This document shows, piece after piece, positions 20,538-29,330 of a stretch of 50,029 nucleotides of DNA. The notes under the pieces are model-generated. The model was not told where the DNA came from. It ran no database searches and saw nothing but the letters and a program-made list of their open reading frames with translations. Source of the DNA: a virus (Duplodnaviria > Caudoviricetes); IMG/VR virus record IMGVR_UViG_3300016471_000329, positions 1-50,029 of that record. One strand, 5' to 3'. A program made the translations under genes and the position numbers. Position 1 is the stretch's first letter. The number at the start of each line of letters is the position of its first letter.

Positions 20538-23030
20538 TCAGTAGTACTCAAATTCCAATTGGGTTGATGGCTCATCGGCTTCGTCATCGTCCAACGCCAC
20601 AAAGTTCCCGGCCCTGAACCGGCTGATGGCCTGCACCGTGCTATCGACCAAGTCATCATTATCGCCCTTGGGAAACGCTGCGCACTCCTCAATCAACTCC
20701 TCTGCCCACTTCGTTTGCGGTGCCCAGACCATCCCCGACTCAAACACGGGTGCAATAGCATTAGCCCTAGCAATCTTATCCTGATTCTTCTTCCTGCCTC
20801 CCGGCGAATAGGTCGTCACAGGAATCCCCACGCGCCGAAGCTCCTGTTGCAAACTCGTTCCCGTGGCCTTGGCCTCGATCAACACATTATCGGGTCGCCA
20901 GTGATCGTACTGGGCGCGTGCCACACGCTTTAGCTCCGGGAAGTCCCAACGGCCTTTTTTAACATCGAGGAGAATAATGGCAGGTCCGTCGTCCGAGCTG
21001 GGACGGAATACACCCCAGGTGGTGATGGCTGAAAAATCAGCTGTCTCCTTCTTGCTGTATGCAGTGTCATAACTCTGGATAACATATTCAACGTCGGGCG
21101 TGTAGTCATGTTCCCATATCCTCCACCAGTCACGCTTTAAAATCGCCCCCTCATCATTGGTGGGCTGCTGTTGATACATCGACTGCCACTTCTGCACCGA
21201 CAACGTCGCCCGGACCTTTTGCAACTCCTCAAGGCTCCAGTAGCTTGGCCAAAGGGGCTTTTCATCCTCGGTATACTCATTCAATATCGCCGGAAACTCA
21301 ATCACTTCCCACTGATCCGACTTCGGTTCCACCTGCGACTTAATCAACCGCGCCGTCAGATCCTTCATCCCCCAGCGCGTCATCACAACCACCACCGCCC
21401 CTCCGGGCTGCAAACGTGACCGAGGCCCCGAGGTGTACCACTCCCAGGCATTATCCAAAGCAAGCTCACTCAAAGCATCCTGCTCTGAGTGCGGATCGTC
21501 AATAATCAAAAGATCCGCACCGCGCCCTGTCATCGCACCACCCACACCCACTGCGTAATACTCCCCGCCACCATTCGTGTCCCACCGACCCGCAGCCTTT
21601 GAATCAGCCTTTAGGCTCACCGCCGGGAACAAGGCCTTGTAGTTGTCCTGATCCATCAGGTTACGAACCTTTCTGCCAAAGCGCACCGCTAACTCGCCAT
21701 TGTGCGTGGCTTGAATGATCTTGGACCTTGGCTCACGGCCCATGGCAAAGGCAGGCAAGAGGTAGGACGCAAACTCACTTTTCGTGTTATGCGTACACAG
21801 ATACCCGTCCCCCGCTAAAAACAACCCGTCCCCTCGATCAACCTTGATGCATTGTGTATCGCCTGTCTCATGAAGCCTTTCTACGGTAATGTACCTACCA
21901 AAGGTCCGCTCGCCCATCAAAAGACGTTCACGCTTTTTAGGCAACAAACAACAATCACTGTGGTAAAACGACACACGCCACGTTAGGCCATACGACTTGT
22001 CACCAATCTTGGCCTCTGACTCAAGCACCGAGGCCTTTGTGCCAAGGCTTCGAATTAACTGCGCAACATCCTGCGCCATGCGCCAATCGCTTTGAGCAAA
22101 AGAACACTGTCCCTTCTTGCTTACACACCCGTCCGTATCCATTAACCCACGCAACAAATCAAGACGTTGTGTCACCGATCCAAGCATATAAACCTCTGGG
22201 ATATGCTTATTGCCAAGAACGCCCAGCTCTTTAAGCTTTACTTGAAGGTCAAGCGTGCCGAAGGTTTTCCGTGTCGCTTGATCCGTGGTTCTTGTTCCAC
22301 GGCGCTCAAACTCCTGGCGCAAAAACACCCTGTTCTTATCATCCGCCGTAATAATCCCTGAGTTTTTCGAACCATCCCCAAGCCATACACCCAGTACATA
22401 CGGGTCAACCAAAAGGTCTTTTTCCTCGTACTGAACAGGTTTCACATCTGGCAGTCTTGGCAGTCGAACGTCTATCGCTCGCTTACCCTTCAAAAACTCT
22501 GTCTTACCACCACGCGTCTTTCTCAAGACCTCACCATGCTGCCTTCGCCACAACTCCTCCGTGGTGTAGTCATGATAAATCCTGTGCTTTCGATCAAGCC
22601 TCACGGTCCACAGATGCTCGCCATCCACAACTAACGATGCACCATCGTCGGACGTCACACGATAAAGCGTTCTGCCACGGAATACCTCTGATTTTCCAAT
22701 GACTTTGGCGGGCGAGCCATCGACCGAGAACACCGAATCACCGACCTGGAGCTCGGCCATGGTCTTCCACCCTTGTGTCGTCGGTATCTTCATACTAGTC
22801 ATTATAGCATGACGTGGAGGCATATTCACGATCAAACGCTTTAACTCGCCATTGATGATGCGGTCAAAGGCGTTGGCCATGCGACTGTGATGTGCGCTGA
22901 AGATCGCCTCCGGCCAAACATAACGAGCGAAGTCCAAGAACGACTGAGTGCTCTTTTCTTGAGCATCAAGGATCCTGAGCCTTAGCTCAAGGCGCAGTTT
23001 CTCGGCTTCAACGTCGGCGGGAAGGGTCAT
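20538..23030 (-). CDS. terL: terminase large subunit, intein-containing
   Basis: RLIVNMPPRH|TKS Walker A split by intein; LLIIDDPH Walker B; VMTRW; QSYDTAY and DDLVDS nuclease motifs; start at MTLPADV. Confidence 0.95.
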   Translation of the reverse strand: MTLPADVEAEKLRLELRLRILDAQEKSTQSFLDFARYVWPEAIFSAHHSRMANAFDRIINGELKRLIVNMPPRHAIMTSMKIPTTQGWKTMAELQVGDSVFSVDGSPAKVIGKSEVFRGRTLYRVTSDDGASLVVDGEHLWTVRLDRKHRIYHDYTTEELWRRQHGEVLRKTRGGKTEFLKGKRAIDVRLPRLPDVKPVQYEEKDLLVDPYVLGVWLGDGSKNSGIITADDKNRVFLRQEFERRGTRTTDQATRKTFGTLDLQVKLKELGVLGNKHIPEVYMLGSVTQRLDLLRGLMDTDGCVSKKGQCSFAQSDWRMAQDVAQLIRSLGTKASVLESEAKIGDKSYGLTWRVSFYHSDCCLLPKKRERLLMGERTFGRYITVERLHETGDTQCIKVDRGDGLFLAGDGYLCTHNTKSEFASYLLPAFAMGREPRSKIIQATHNGELAVRFGRKVRNLMDQDNYKALFPAVSLKADSKAAGRWDTNGGGEYYAVGVGGAMTGRGADLLIIDDPHSEQDALSELALDNAWEWYTSGPRSRLQPGGAVVVVMTRWGMKDLTARLIKSQVEPKSDQWEVIEFPAILNEYTEDEKPLWPSYWSLEELQKVRATLSVQKWQSMYQQQPTNDEGAILKRDWWRIWEHDYTPDVEYVIQSYDTAYSKKETADFSAITTWGVFRPSSDDGPAIILLDVKKGRWDFPELKRVARAQYDHWRPDNVLIEAKATGTSLQQELRRVGIPVTTYSPGGRKKNQDKIARANAIAPVFESGMVWAPQTKWAEELIEECAAFPKGDNDDLVDSTVQAISRFRAGNFVALDDDEADEPSTQLEFEYY
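21786..22808 (-). mobile_element. class 3 intein (341 aa) with LAGLIDADG homing endonuclease
   Basis: Ala1 (AIMTSMKIPT), block B HLW, block F TQCIKV, block G CTHN, +1 Thr; PYVLGVWLGDG and LLRGLMDTDG LAGLIDADG motifs. Confidence 0.9.
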
Positions 23031-23249
23031 TGGTTTTGAAATTTGCAAAAAATTTTCAGGGAAATCGTGTTCTAGAACAAGGGGGTGGGTTTCTGAAAAC
23101 GCGAAAAGTGTACTTATATCAGAAAACTGTTTTAGGCCCTAGTTGTTTTTGCGAAACCGGGCCAAGGTCGGCGTCCGCTGCGAGGGCCGGGGCGTTGTGC
23201 TAGATTCTAGAACCTAGAGCGCTCTAAAATCTACTAATCGCCGCCGGGA

Positions 23250-23410
23250 CTCGCCCCGGGGGAGGGGGCCCAAGGCCCAAGGCCCAAGGCCCAGCAGGGG
23301 AGCAGCAGGGCCCAAGGCCTGGGAGCCTGGGAGCCTGGGAGCAGGCCCCAGGGGCCACGGGGCTAGGTTATGGGCCCATTGCCCAGGGCCCGGGGGCCAC
23401 GGGGCAGGTT
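23250..23410. repeat. GC-rich short tandem repeats upstream of terL (possible packaging/terminus region)
   Basis: (GGCCCAA)x3-4 and (GGGAGCCT)x2-3 arrays in non-coding DNA. Confidence 0.6.
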
Positions 23411-23490
23411 TTGCGATCATAAGAAAAACCTATAAAGGCCTGGGCGGTGATAGCCCCGATATATAGGGGCAAAGCAGGGCCATAAAATAC

Positions 23491-23509
23491 AAAGGGCCCC
23501 GAAGGGCCC
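23491..23509 (-). terminator. intrinsic terminator, copy 1
   Basis: GGGCCC-TTCG-GGGCCC-TTT on the minus strand (cUUCGg tetraloop). Confidence 0.8.
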
Positions 23510-23532
23510 GCTGGGAGTAAAGCTTTAAAGGG

Positions 23533-23613
23533 TTACCAGCAAAGGGCTAATACTGCCCCCAGTGCTACACCAAAGGCCCAGGCAATGAGCCAGTCTAATA
23601 AGGCCCCTTTCAT
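23533..23613 (-). CDS. 26-aa hydrophobic peptide (not in ORF track)
   Basis: MKGALLDWLIAWAFGVALGAVLALCW*; ATGA overlap with upstream stop; ends just before terminator. Confidence 0.55.
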   Translation of the reverse strand: MKGALLDWLIAWAFGVALGAVLALCW

Positions 23614-24305
23614 ACCTGGGCCCTGCCTAAATCGCCGACGATATGGTGTCGGATTAATGAGCCAGGGGGCAGTGCCTGGGCCCAGGCCTTGAGCCTTACA
23701 GCGTCCCCTGCTGGGGCCTGCTTGGTATTTTCCCAGGCTAACCGCACGGGGCCCGAAGTGCCATAACAGCCCCCTTGGTGCTCATCGCCGACTAGTTTTT
23801 TGCTGGGCCCGTGAGCAGTGAAAACTACAACAAAATTACGGTCAGGGCCTGGGGGCCTAGCACACAAAGGCCTGCCCTTGCCACAATCAATGCATTTTGT
23901 ATCCGTTTTTTCTGCTGGGCATTGGATAAAAGCAGTCTGACCTACCCTTCGGGGCCATGCTTGCCCCAGGCCTACTGTAAGGGTTACAGCGTGCCCCCGC
24001 TCTGCTTCTGCTGCTGCTGCTTCAGCGTCATGCATGCTCAAGTTTATAACCGTTTTTCCGGGCTCGGGCCTGGGCACTGCTTCGGGCCCAAAGTGCGAGT
24101 ATGTCCATGCCATGCCCCCAGGGGGCACTGCTTCGATTAAGGCCTTGAGATAAGCCTTATCGACTAGTCGGGCCCCTGCTGGGCCCTGGGGATTTAGGGG
24201 GCAGGCACTGGGGCAAGTGCTGAAAACATTGTGCGAGCCTGCCCTATAGGTAACGGCTATCGGGCCCGTTTTCTTGTTGCTGCTTTTCTCGATTAATTTG
24301 AGCAT
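23610..24305 (-). CDS. conserved Cys-containing phage accessory protein
   Basis: SSNKKTGPIAVT...TCP..CPL, WTYSHF, CPAE...C..CG....C, RHHIVGD; GAAAGGGA SD. Confidence 0.7.
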   Translation of the reverse strand: MLKLIEKSSNKKTGPIAVTYRAGSHNVFSTCPSACPLNPQGPAGARLVDKAYLKALIEAVPPGGMAWTYSHFGPEAVPRPEPGKTVINLSMHDAEAAAAEAERGHAVTLTVGLGQAWPRRVGQTAFIQCPAEKTDTKCIDCGKGRPLCARPPGPDRNFVVVFTAHGPSKKLVGDEHQGGCYGTSGPVRLAWENTKQAPAGDAVRLKAWAQALPPGSLIRHHIVGDLGRAQV

Positions 24306-24382
24306 TTCAAAATCCCTTTCTGCTGTATAGGCTGGGCCCCTGCCCAGTGAGTCGTTAAAATAACAGAAAATTAAGAAAACAC

Positions 24383-24401
24383 AAAGGGCCCCGAAGGGCC
24401 C
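24383..24401 (-). terminator. intrinsic terminator, copy 2
   Basis: identical GGGCCC-TTCG-GGGCCC-TTT hairpin. Confidence 0.8.
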
Positions 24402-24431
24402 CCTGAAATGCTCCCAGGCTCAGGGCCTGGG

Positions 24432-25500
24432 CTAGGCAACGGCTAATTCTAAGATATCCCCTGCCAAGCTTTCAAAATCTACCCTTTCAGATTGCCAGGG
24501 GATTGATTTTGCATAACCAGTGGCCCCCGTAGTAGCGTCCCATAATGTTTCAATGGGCCTGCCCTCTTCGAGCATATGGGCATGCTGAATGCGAGCAGCA
24601 ACACGGGGCCCGAAACGCTGGGCTAGGAAAGCTTCAACCTTATCGATTTTGCAGGCCTGGGCCTGCTTAATTGTTTGTTCAATGCCCTTTGCACTGCTTT
24701 GGGCATATTCGAGCAGGGCAGGGGCCACTTGCTGAGTGCCTAATCGATATCTCTTCGACCTGATCAGCCCCCCACACAATACGGTTTTCGCACACAAAAT
24801 CGAATAGGAAAGTGCGAACTTTCAGGGCACTCGCCCCTACTTCACTGTTGCTGACAAAAAACCCTCGAGCCAAACTTCCAGGCTGGCCATCCCGACGATT
24901 ATGGATTTCAAGCCTGTTAATTTCATCGGCAAGAAAAACAAAGCAATCCCTATCCCCAGCGTAAAGCGTAGTGTTTTCACGGGTTACATCAACACGATTG
25001 CCCCTTATCCCAGGCACGCGAAAATTGCCTGTTTGCCCGTCCCCGAAGCGATCAATCAAGGCCCCGATAACATCACAATTCCATACCCTGCCATAGCGGG
25101 GGCCTGTTGCTGCCTTGATCATTGGTAGCGAGTCGGAAGGGCACTGCGCAAGGATCCCAACATCCTGAGCGTCCCGGGTAACCTTAAGGCCAAAGTTCAA
25201 GCAATCTGCCGCCACTGGGGCAGGCAATTCGCGCAAGTAGGATGCCGGGGCCCCTACCAAGGAAGACAACTGCCCGAAGGCCCAGTGACTAATCCCGATA
25301 CCCCTGCCCCCTGGCCCAGCGATCAACAGGCCCTGGTTATCATCAGTTGGAACTGCTGAAAGGTCGCGACTGCTCAAAACCTTAGCCTTGCTGATAGCGC
25401 GATCAGCAAGCATTTTCGAGTGCATTTCGGTTAACGTGGTGAAACGCTCTTCCGCTGGACGACTGGCCCACTGCTTATGTGCTTCGGTCAAAGTGCTCAT
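24432..25500 (-). pseudogene. DUF932-like protein split by a frameshift near 24725
   Basis: N-part MSTLTEAHKQWASRP...LYAGDRDCFVFL...RGFFVSNSEVG...FVCENRIVWG...IRHSAS; plausible C-part VAPALLEY...TLWDATTGAT.YAK continues in another frame to 24432. Confidence 0.6.
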
Positions 25501-25544
25501 TTCTGTATCCCTTTCTGAAGTGACGTGCGACATGCACAAAACGG

Positions 25545-25571
25545 ATTATACATACTTTTTACTTTTTGCAA
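25545..25571 (-). promoter_or_regulatory. sigma70-like promoter
   Basis: perfect TATAAT with TTGCAA 15 bp upstream (short spacer) in AT-rich context after terminator. Confidence 0.5.
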
Positions 25572-25580
25572 AATTAAATT

Positions 25581-25600
25581 AAAAGGGCCCCGAAGGGCCC
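25581..25600 (-). terminator. intrinsic terminator, copy 3
   Basis: GGGCCC-TTCG-GGGCCC-TTTT. Confidence 0.8.
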
Positions 25601-25618
25601 CTGACTTGCTGCTTTTAA

Positions 25619-25783
25619 CTAAATGCAATCAATCCCGATTACTTCCTGCTCATAACGCTCCAGGGCATCTGGCCCTGTTGTAAACATCTCAGTAGCTTCA
25701 AATGCCGCATCCTCTTCATCCTCTGCTTCAATAAAAAAGGTCTTGGTGATGGTCGCCCTGATGGTCACTCGGTAGTCTTTCAT
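25619..25783 (-). CDS. 54-aa acidic protein (not in ORF track)
   Basis: MKDYRVTIRATITKTFFIEAEDEEDAAFEATEMF...; GAGGA SD. Confidence 0.65.
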   Translation of the reverse strand: MKDYRVTIRATITKTFFIEAEDEEDAAFEATEMFTTGPDALERYEQEVIGIDCI

Positions 25784-25843
25784 GCCTGTTCCTCTTCAAG
25801 TTCCTGTTGCTTATTGTTGCTCTGGGCTCATTTCAATACCTCC

Positions 25844-26227
25844 TCACAGGCCGCGCAAAACTTCGCGCACCTTTTCTTCCATGTCGATCTCATCGGCGAC
25901 TTTCTCAGTGTCCAGGCCCTCAGCAATTGCGCCATAGTCCAGTTCAGTCACAAGATCGCCAAGGTCGATTTCACTGGCGATATCACTGGGTGAAAAGTTC
26001 GCCGCAACATCCCTGGCAAAGCCTTTCCAGTCGATCTGATCGGCAAGCTTTTCATAATTAATCTGGGCATTCACCCGCTCGGCAACATCGATAACCAGTT
26101 GCCCGTAGTCGGCAGGCTGGCGAGCACGCTCGGTCTCAAGCATCATGCCGTAAACGCGATTGCTCACGTCCTGCACAAGCTTATCGTACAAGCCTCCAAC
26201 TGCCGAAAGTAATGCTGACTGATCCAT
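25844..26227 (-). CDS. acidic protein with ~9-aa internal repeats
   Basis: INYEKLADQ-IDWKGFARD...IDLGDLVTE-LDYGAIAEG-LDTEKVADE-IDME; AGGAG SD. Confidence 0.7.
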   Translation of the reverse strand: MDQSALLSAVGGLYDKLVQDVSNRVYGMMLETERARQPADYGQLVIDVAERVNAQINYEKLADQIDWKGFARDVAANFSPSDIASEIDLGDLVTELDYGAIAEGLDTEKVADEIDMEEKVREVLRGL

Positions 26228-26272
26228 TTGCTTTCTCCTGTATAAAAACCAATCGATTGATTGGATAGCTAA

Positions 26273-26301
26273 AGTGTATATATAACCGAAACGCTTTGCA
26301 A
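26273..26301 (-). promoter_or_regulatory. sigma70-like promoter
   Basis: TTGCAA-17 bp-TACACT. Confidence 0.7.
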
Positions 26302-26302
26302 G

Positions 26303-26401
26303 TTATCGCCTTTTCTTATCACCGGCAATCGCTCGCAACAGGGACATTAAAACGTAGTTCCGAAACAATGCCCATACAAGGGCCCATTTAGATTGATGCA
26401 T
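26303..26401 (-). CDS. 32-aa hydrophobic/basic peptide (not in ORF track)
   Basis: MHQSKWALVWALFRNYVLMSLLRAIAGDKKRR*; AAGGA SD; overlaps upstream gene end. Confidence 0.45.
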   Translation of the reverse strand: MHQSKWALVWALFRNYVLMSLLRAIAGDKKRR

Positions 26402-26582
26402 GCTCGGATTCCTTCAGAAGCCATTGATCCAAACAGTCCCGAAGGGCGATTGCTTGCTCGCGGGTTATCGGGCTAGAGCAATGAGCCTGAGTTTTCCAAA
26501 GGGTGAGCCACAAGCCGCTCTCGTGGTCGCTGAGCGTTATGCGCTCGTACTGACCGAGTTCAATTGATGAGTTCCATTCCAT
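26388..26582 (-). CDS. hypothetical protein
   Basis: strong AAAGGAG SD, 64 aa. Confidence 0.6.
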   Translation of the reverse strand: MEWNSSIELGQYERITLSDHESGLWLTLWKTQAHCSSPITREQAIALRDCLDQWLLKESEHASI

Positions 26583-26616
26583 AACACTTTCTCCTTTCTT
26601 GAAAATCGAGCCTTAA

Positions 26617-27033
26617 CTATACACTTTTTAAAAAGGCGTGCAACCCCTCCGCATCGCCGACTCGCCAAACAGCATTCGGTTTTTCGCTTATCCCACGCTT
26701 GGCAACTTCGACCACGCGATTAGCACGATATCCATAAACGTCGGTATCGACCGAGCGCAGCACGCTCTCGGGCCAATGATGCACAAGCAACGCATAACCA
26801 ATGCCTGCTTCGCTGGCCTGATGAGCAAAGGCGATCTGGTAGGGCGAGAGCGCCACTTTCGCCCCAGCGCGCACCACCTTCAACTCCAGCAACATGATGC
26901 GCCCCTCGAGCGCGATCATCACGTCAGGGAAACCCAGGGGCGATTTGCACTCAATCCTCATCGCTATGGAACAAGGGCCTTTCAACTGGGGCTGCACCCT
27001 TTTCCAAAAGTCCTTTTCTAATTTTCTCGGCAT
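26617..27033 (-). CDS. VRR-NUC/Holliday-junction-resolvase-like PD-(D/E)XK nuclease
   Basis: EKDFW...RIE...G.PDV...LLELKV...LSPYQIAF. Confidence 0.8.
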   Translation of the reverse strand: MPRKLEKDFWKRVQPQLKGPCSIAMRIECKSPLGFPDVMIALEGRIMLLELKVVRAGAKVALSPYQIAFAHQASEAGIGYALLVHHWPESVLRSVDTDVYGYRANRVVEVAKRGISEKPNAVWRVGDAEGLHAFLKSV

Positions 27034-27778
27034 TGCTCAACCTTTCCAAAACGGTAGGCTTGGACGGTGCAACGGGTTCCACGTCCAGCACTTCACCCTG
27101 TTCCGACACAATCGCTGGCTTATTATTTCCACCATAAAGCTTGCTGATTTCCTCAAGCTTTTTCATGACCTCTTCTTTGCTCATCGAATCAATCGTGCCA
27201 ACCCGGATTTCCTTACGCTCGACGTAAATCGTCCCCAAAGCCTGCCCTCGACGATATTCAGCCGCAACTGCCGCTGAGTAAGCACCCGCAGCCAGGGCCA
27301 TGTCCCTGATCCTCTGCATGTCCTTCATATGCCGTTCGAACGAAGTGCCATGCTTGACGGCAAGCTCCGTTCTCAATTCCTGGATCGCCTGGACAATGTG
27401 CGGGGATTGGTGAGGATCGGTAAGCTTCCTGGAGTGCCATTTAAGCGTACGTTCAGGATACCCTGCTCGCCTTGCCGCCTCAGCAAGCGTTACTTCGCCG
27501 TCTCCGGTCACGTATTCCCTGACAAAAGTCCACTCCTGCTTGGTCAACGCTTTCCTTCGCACTTTCTTGGGCAACGGCGCAGTGATACGCTTTTCAACAA
27601 CCTCGGGCCGCATCAAAGGGATCTGGTCTAACAAAGGCTTCTGATCCCGAAGCGGCACTTTAGGCGTGACTACGCCCGTGCTCACGTCGAACACCGAAGC
27701 ACCAACGCCAACATCTCCAGAAACCCCCTCAGAACCGCTCCCATCCCCTGAATTCACCGAATCCTTCTGCATATCCAT
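26951..27778 (-). CDS. terS: terminase small subunit
   Basis: LTKQEWTFVREYV...AEAARRAGY HTH; RD.ALAAGAYSAAVAAEYRRGQA.G.YVERKEIR.G.IDSMS. Confidence 0.8.
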   Translation of the reverse strand: MDMQKDSVNSGDGSGSEGVSGDVGVGASVFDVSTGVVTPKVPLRDQKPLLDQIPLMRPEVVEKRITAPLPKKVRRKALTKQEWTFVREYVTGDGEVTLAEAARRAGYPERTLKWHSRKLTDPHQSPHIVQAIQELRTELAVKHGTSFERHMKDMQRIRDMALAAGAYSAAVAAEYRRGQALGTIYVERKEIRVGTIDSMSKEEVMKKLEEISKLYGGNNKPAIVSEQGEVLDVEPVAPSKPTVLERLSNAEKIRKGLLEKGAAPVERPLFHSDED

Positions 27779-28053
27779 TCCCCTTCAATATCTCCGCTCT
27801 GACGCACCCAGAACTGCCTTCCTGGATGCCTTGAGTAATAAGACTGGAGCGCTGATCGAACGCTCTTCGCTTCACTCAAGGATGCCACTTTAAAAAAGTC
27901 CCCAATCAGCATCTTGCCAAAAGGGTACTTACCCCGACCACTGCTGCCAAACACCCTACCCCAATCCCGAGGCGTGATCCCTGGCAAACGGACCTCTTCA
28001 TCTTTCGCTCGACTCACCTTTCTCTCCTGTTCAAAACCAATAAAAACCACCAA
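27754..28053 (-). CDS. small putative DNA-binding protein
   Basis: KYPF.KM.IGDFF signature; start uncertain. Confidence 0.55.
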   Translation of the reverse strand: MVVFIGFEQERKVSRAKDEEVRLPGITPRDWGRVFGSSGRGKYPFGKMLIGDFFKVASLSEAKSVRSALQSYYSRHPGRQFWVRQSGDIEGEWICRRIR

Positions 28054-28119
28054 AAAAACCTACCCAAAAAAGTTCACCTTGCATTTACCGCTTATCTGCC
28101 ACAGACTACCGCTCACTCC

Positions 28120-28500
28120 CAACCATTACGTTGACACCAATTCAGATTAGTAAGTGAACTTCTAGCGTTTTCATTTTTTTTTTTTTTTAAAATCAAGAAA
28201 GTATAGTAATATAACGTAATGTCTTGTAAGTCCTTGATTCTATTAACGAAATCCATCTCGTCCCTTAAAAACAACACTGTAATTCAACGTAATAGTAAAC
28301 TTTCAACGTAATAAGTGTATCTTACACTTATGTACATACTAATAGCAAATCCATTACCGTAATGAAAAAATAGACGTAATGTAGAACCCCAATAACGGCG
28401 GTACTTCTTACACCATTACGTCTATTACACTACTTTCTAAGTTTTGAAAAAAAAAAATTTCAAACACAGAAAGTTCATCTAATAGGCGCTCAGAAGTAAT
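28120..28500. other. AT-rich iteron region, candidate replication origin
   Basis: six ACGTAAT copies (28125r, 28214, 28287, 28306, 28374, 28415r), polyT/polyA arms forming an imperfect inverted repeat, IHF consensus at 28227-28239. Confidence 0.6.
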
Positions 28501-28716
28501 ACTCCCCAACCCTTCCCTACTGCTATACTTTTTTATAGTGAACTTCACCCTAAAACCCCGCTTCTATATACATACATTTATTTCGTCCATTTTTGACCCT
28601 TTTTACCGCTCATCACCCTTCCACCTCCGTTCATCCCCTCCCACCACCCCAAAAACCTATAGCGATCCCCATGACCCTTGATCCTTGGTCCTTGAACCCT
28701 GCCACTTCCTCCCTAA

Positions 28717-28732
28717 GTTAGTGCTCACTAAC
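28717..28732. promoter_or_regulatory. palindromic operator-like site
   Basis: GTTAGTG-CT-CACTAAC. Confidence 0.4.
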
Positions 28733-28791
28733 AAAAAGACCCGTGAGCCTTGATCCTCGGACCTCAATCCTTTGACCTTGACCCACGGGCC
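28733..28791 (-). terminator. terminator-like hairpin with heptamer-repeat loop
   Basis: GGCCCGTG...CACGGGTC-TTTTT on the minus strand; same stem as 33445-33476. Confidence 0.55.
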
Positions 28792-28833
28792 TACCAAGTC
28801 TCCTCTGTAACCCGGTTACAGAGGATGTTTTGT

Positions 28834-29070
28834 CTACTGCACTGCCAGTCTGTGGTGCCTTTGAGTGACGTGTTGCAGCAGCGCGGCGTGGACGTGCTCC
28901 CCAAACGTCACCTCTCGCACCCCCTCAACGTCGCCAGCGTCCATGGGAGGCCCCAAGAAGATCAGTTTTTGTCCATCGGCCAGTGTCACGTAGACGACCT
29001 GAACCATTTGACCGCCCACAAAGGCCTCTAAAACGGCCTCTGGGAGCTTTTCTAGCTCGTTGATGTCCAT
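28834..29070 (-). CDS. hypothetical protein
   Basis: 78-aa ORF in minus-strand operon. Confidence 0.55.
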   Translation of the reverse strand: MDINELEKLPEAVLEAFVGGQMVQVVYVTLADGQKLIFLGPPMDAGDVEGVREVTFGEHVHAALLQHVTQRHHRLAVQ

Positions 29071-29072
29071 AC

Positions 29073-29330
29073 CTAGCCAACCCCTTGTAAATAGTCCGCA
29101 GCCTCATCGTAGCCCGCCTGTCTGAGCGCTTTAAGGCAATGGTCAAGCCTACGCTCACCCACGTCAAAAGCAAAGCTATCCAGGCTGACCAGATCGGCGT
29201 GAAATCTTGTTTGGGACTGAATGTTCTTGCTGAGGGTAATCCCAGCCCCCCTTGCCAACTTAGGGATATCAACGAAGAAAGGCTCAACGAAAGACGTGGC
29301 CTTCTGGTGTGCATTGTGATCACCGCTCAT
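29073..29330 (-). CDS. hypothetical protein
   Basis: start MSGDHNAHQK with GGAG SD and ATGA overlap with upstream stop. Confidence 0.55.
   Translation of the reverse strand: MSGDHNAHQKATSFVEPFFVDIPKLARGAGITLSKNIQSQTRFHADLVSLDSFAFDVGERRLDHCLKALRQAGYDEAADYLQGVG

Noticed and set aside
23214-23420. 68-aa Pro/Gly/Trp ORF
   Set aside because: Translation of the GC-rich heptamer/octamer repeats; no SD; likely non-coding.
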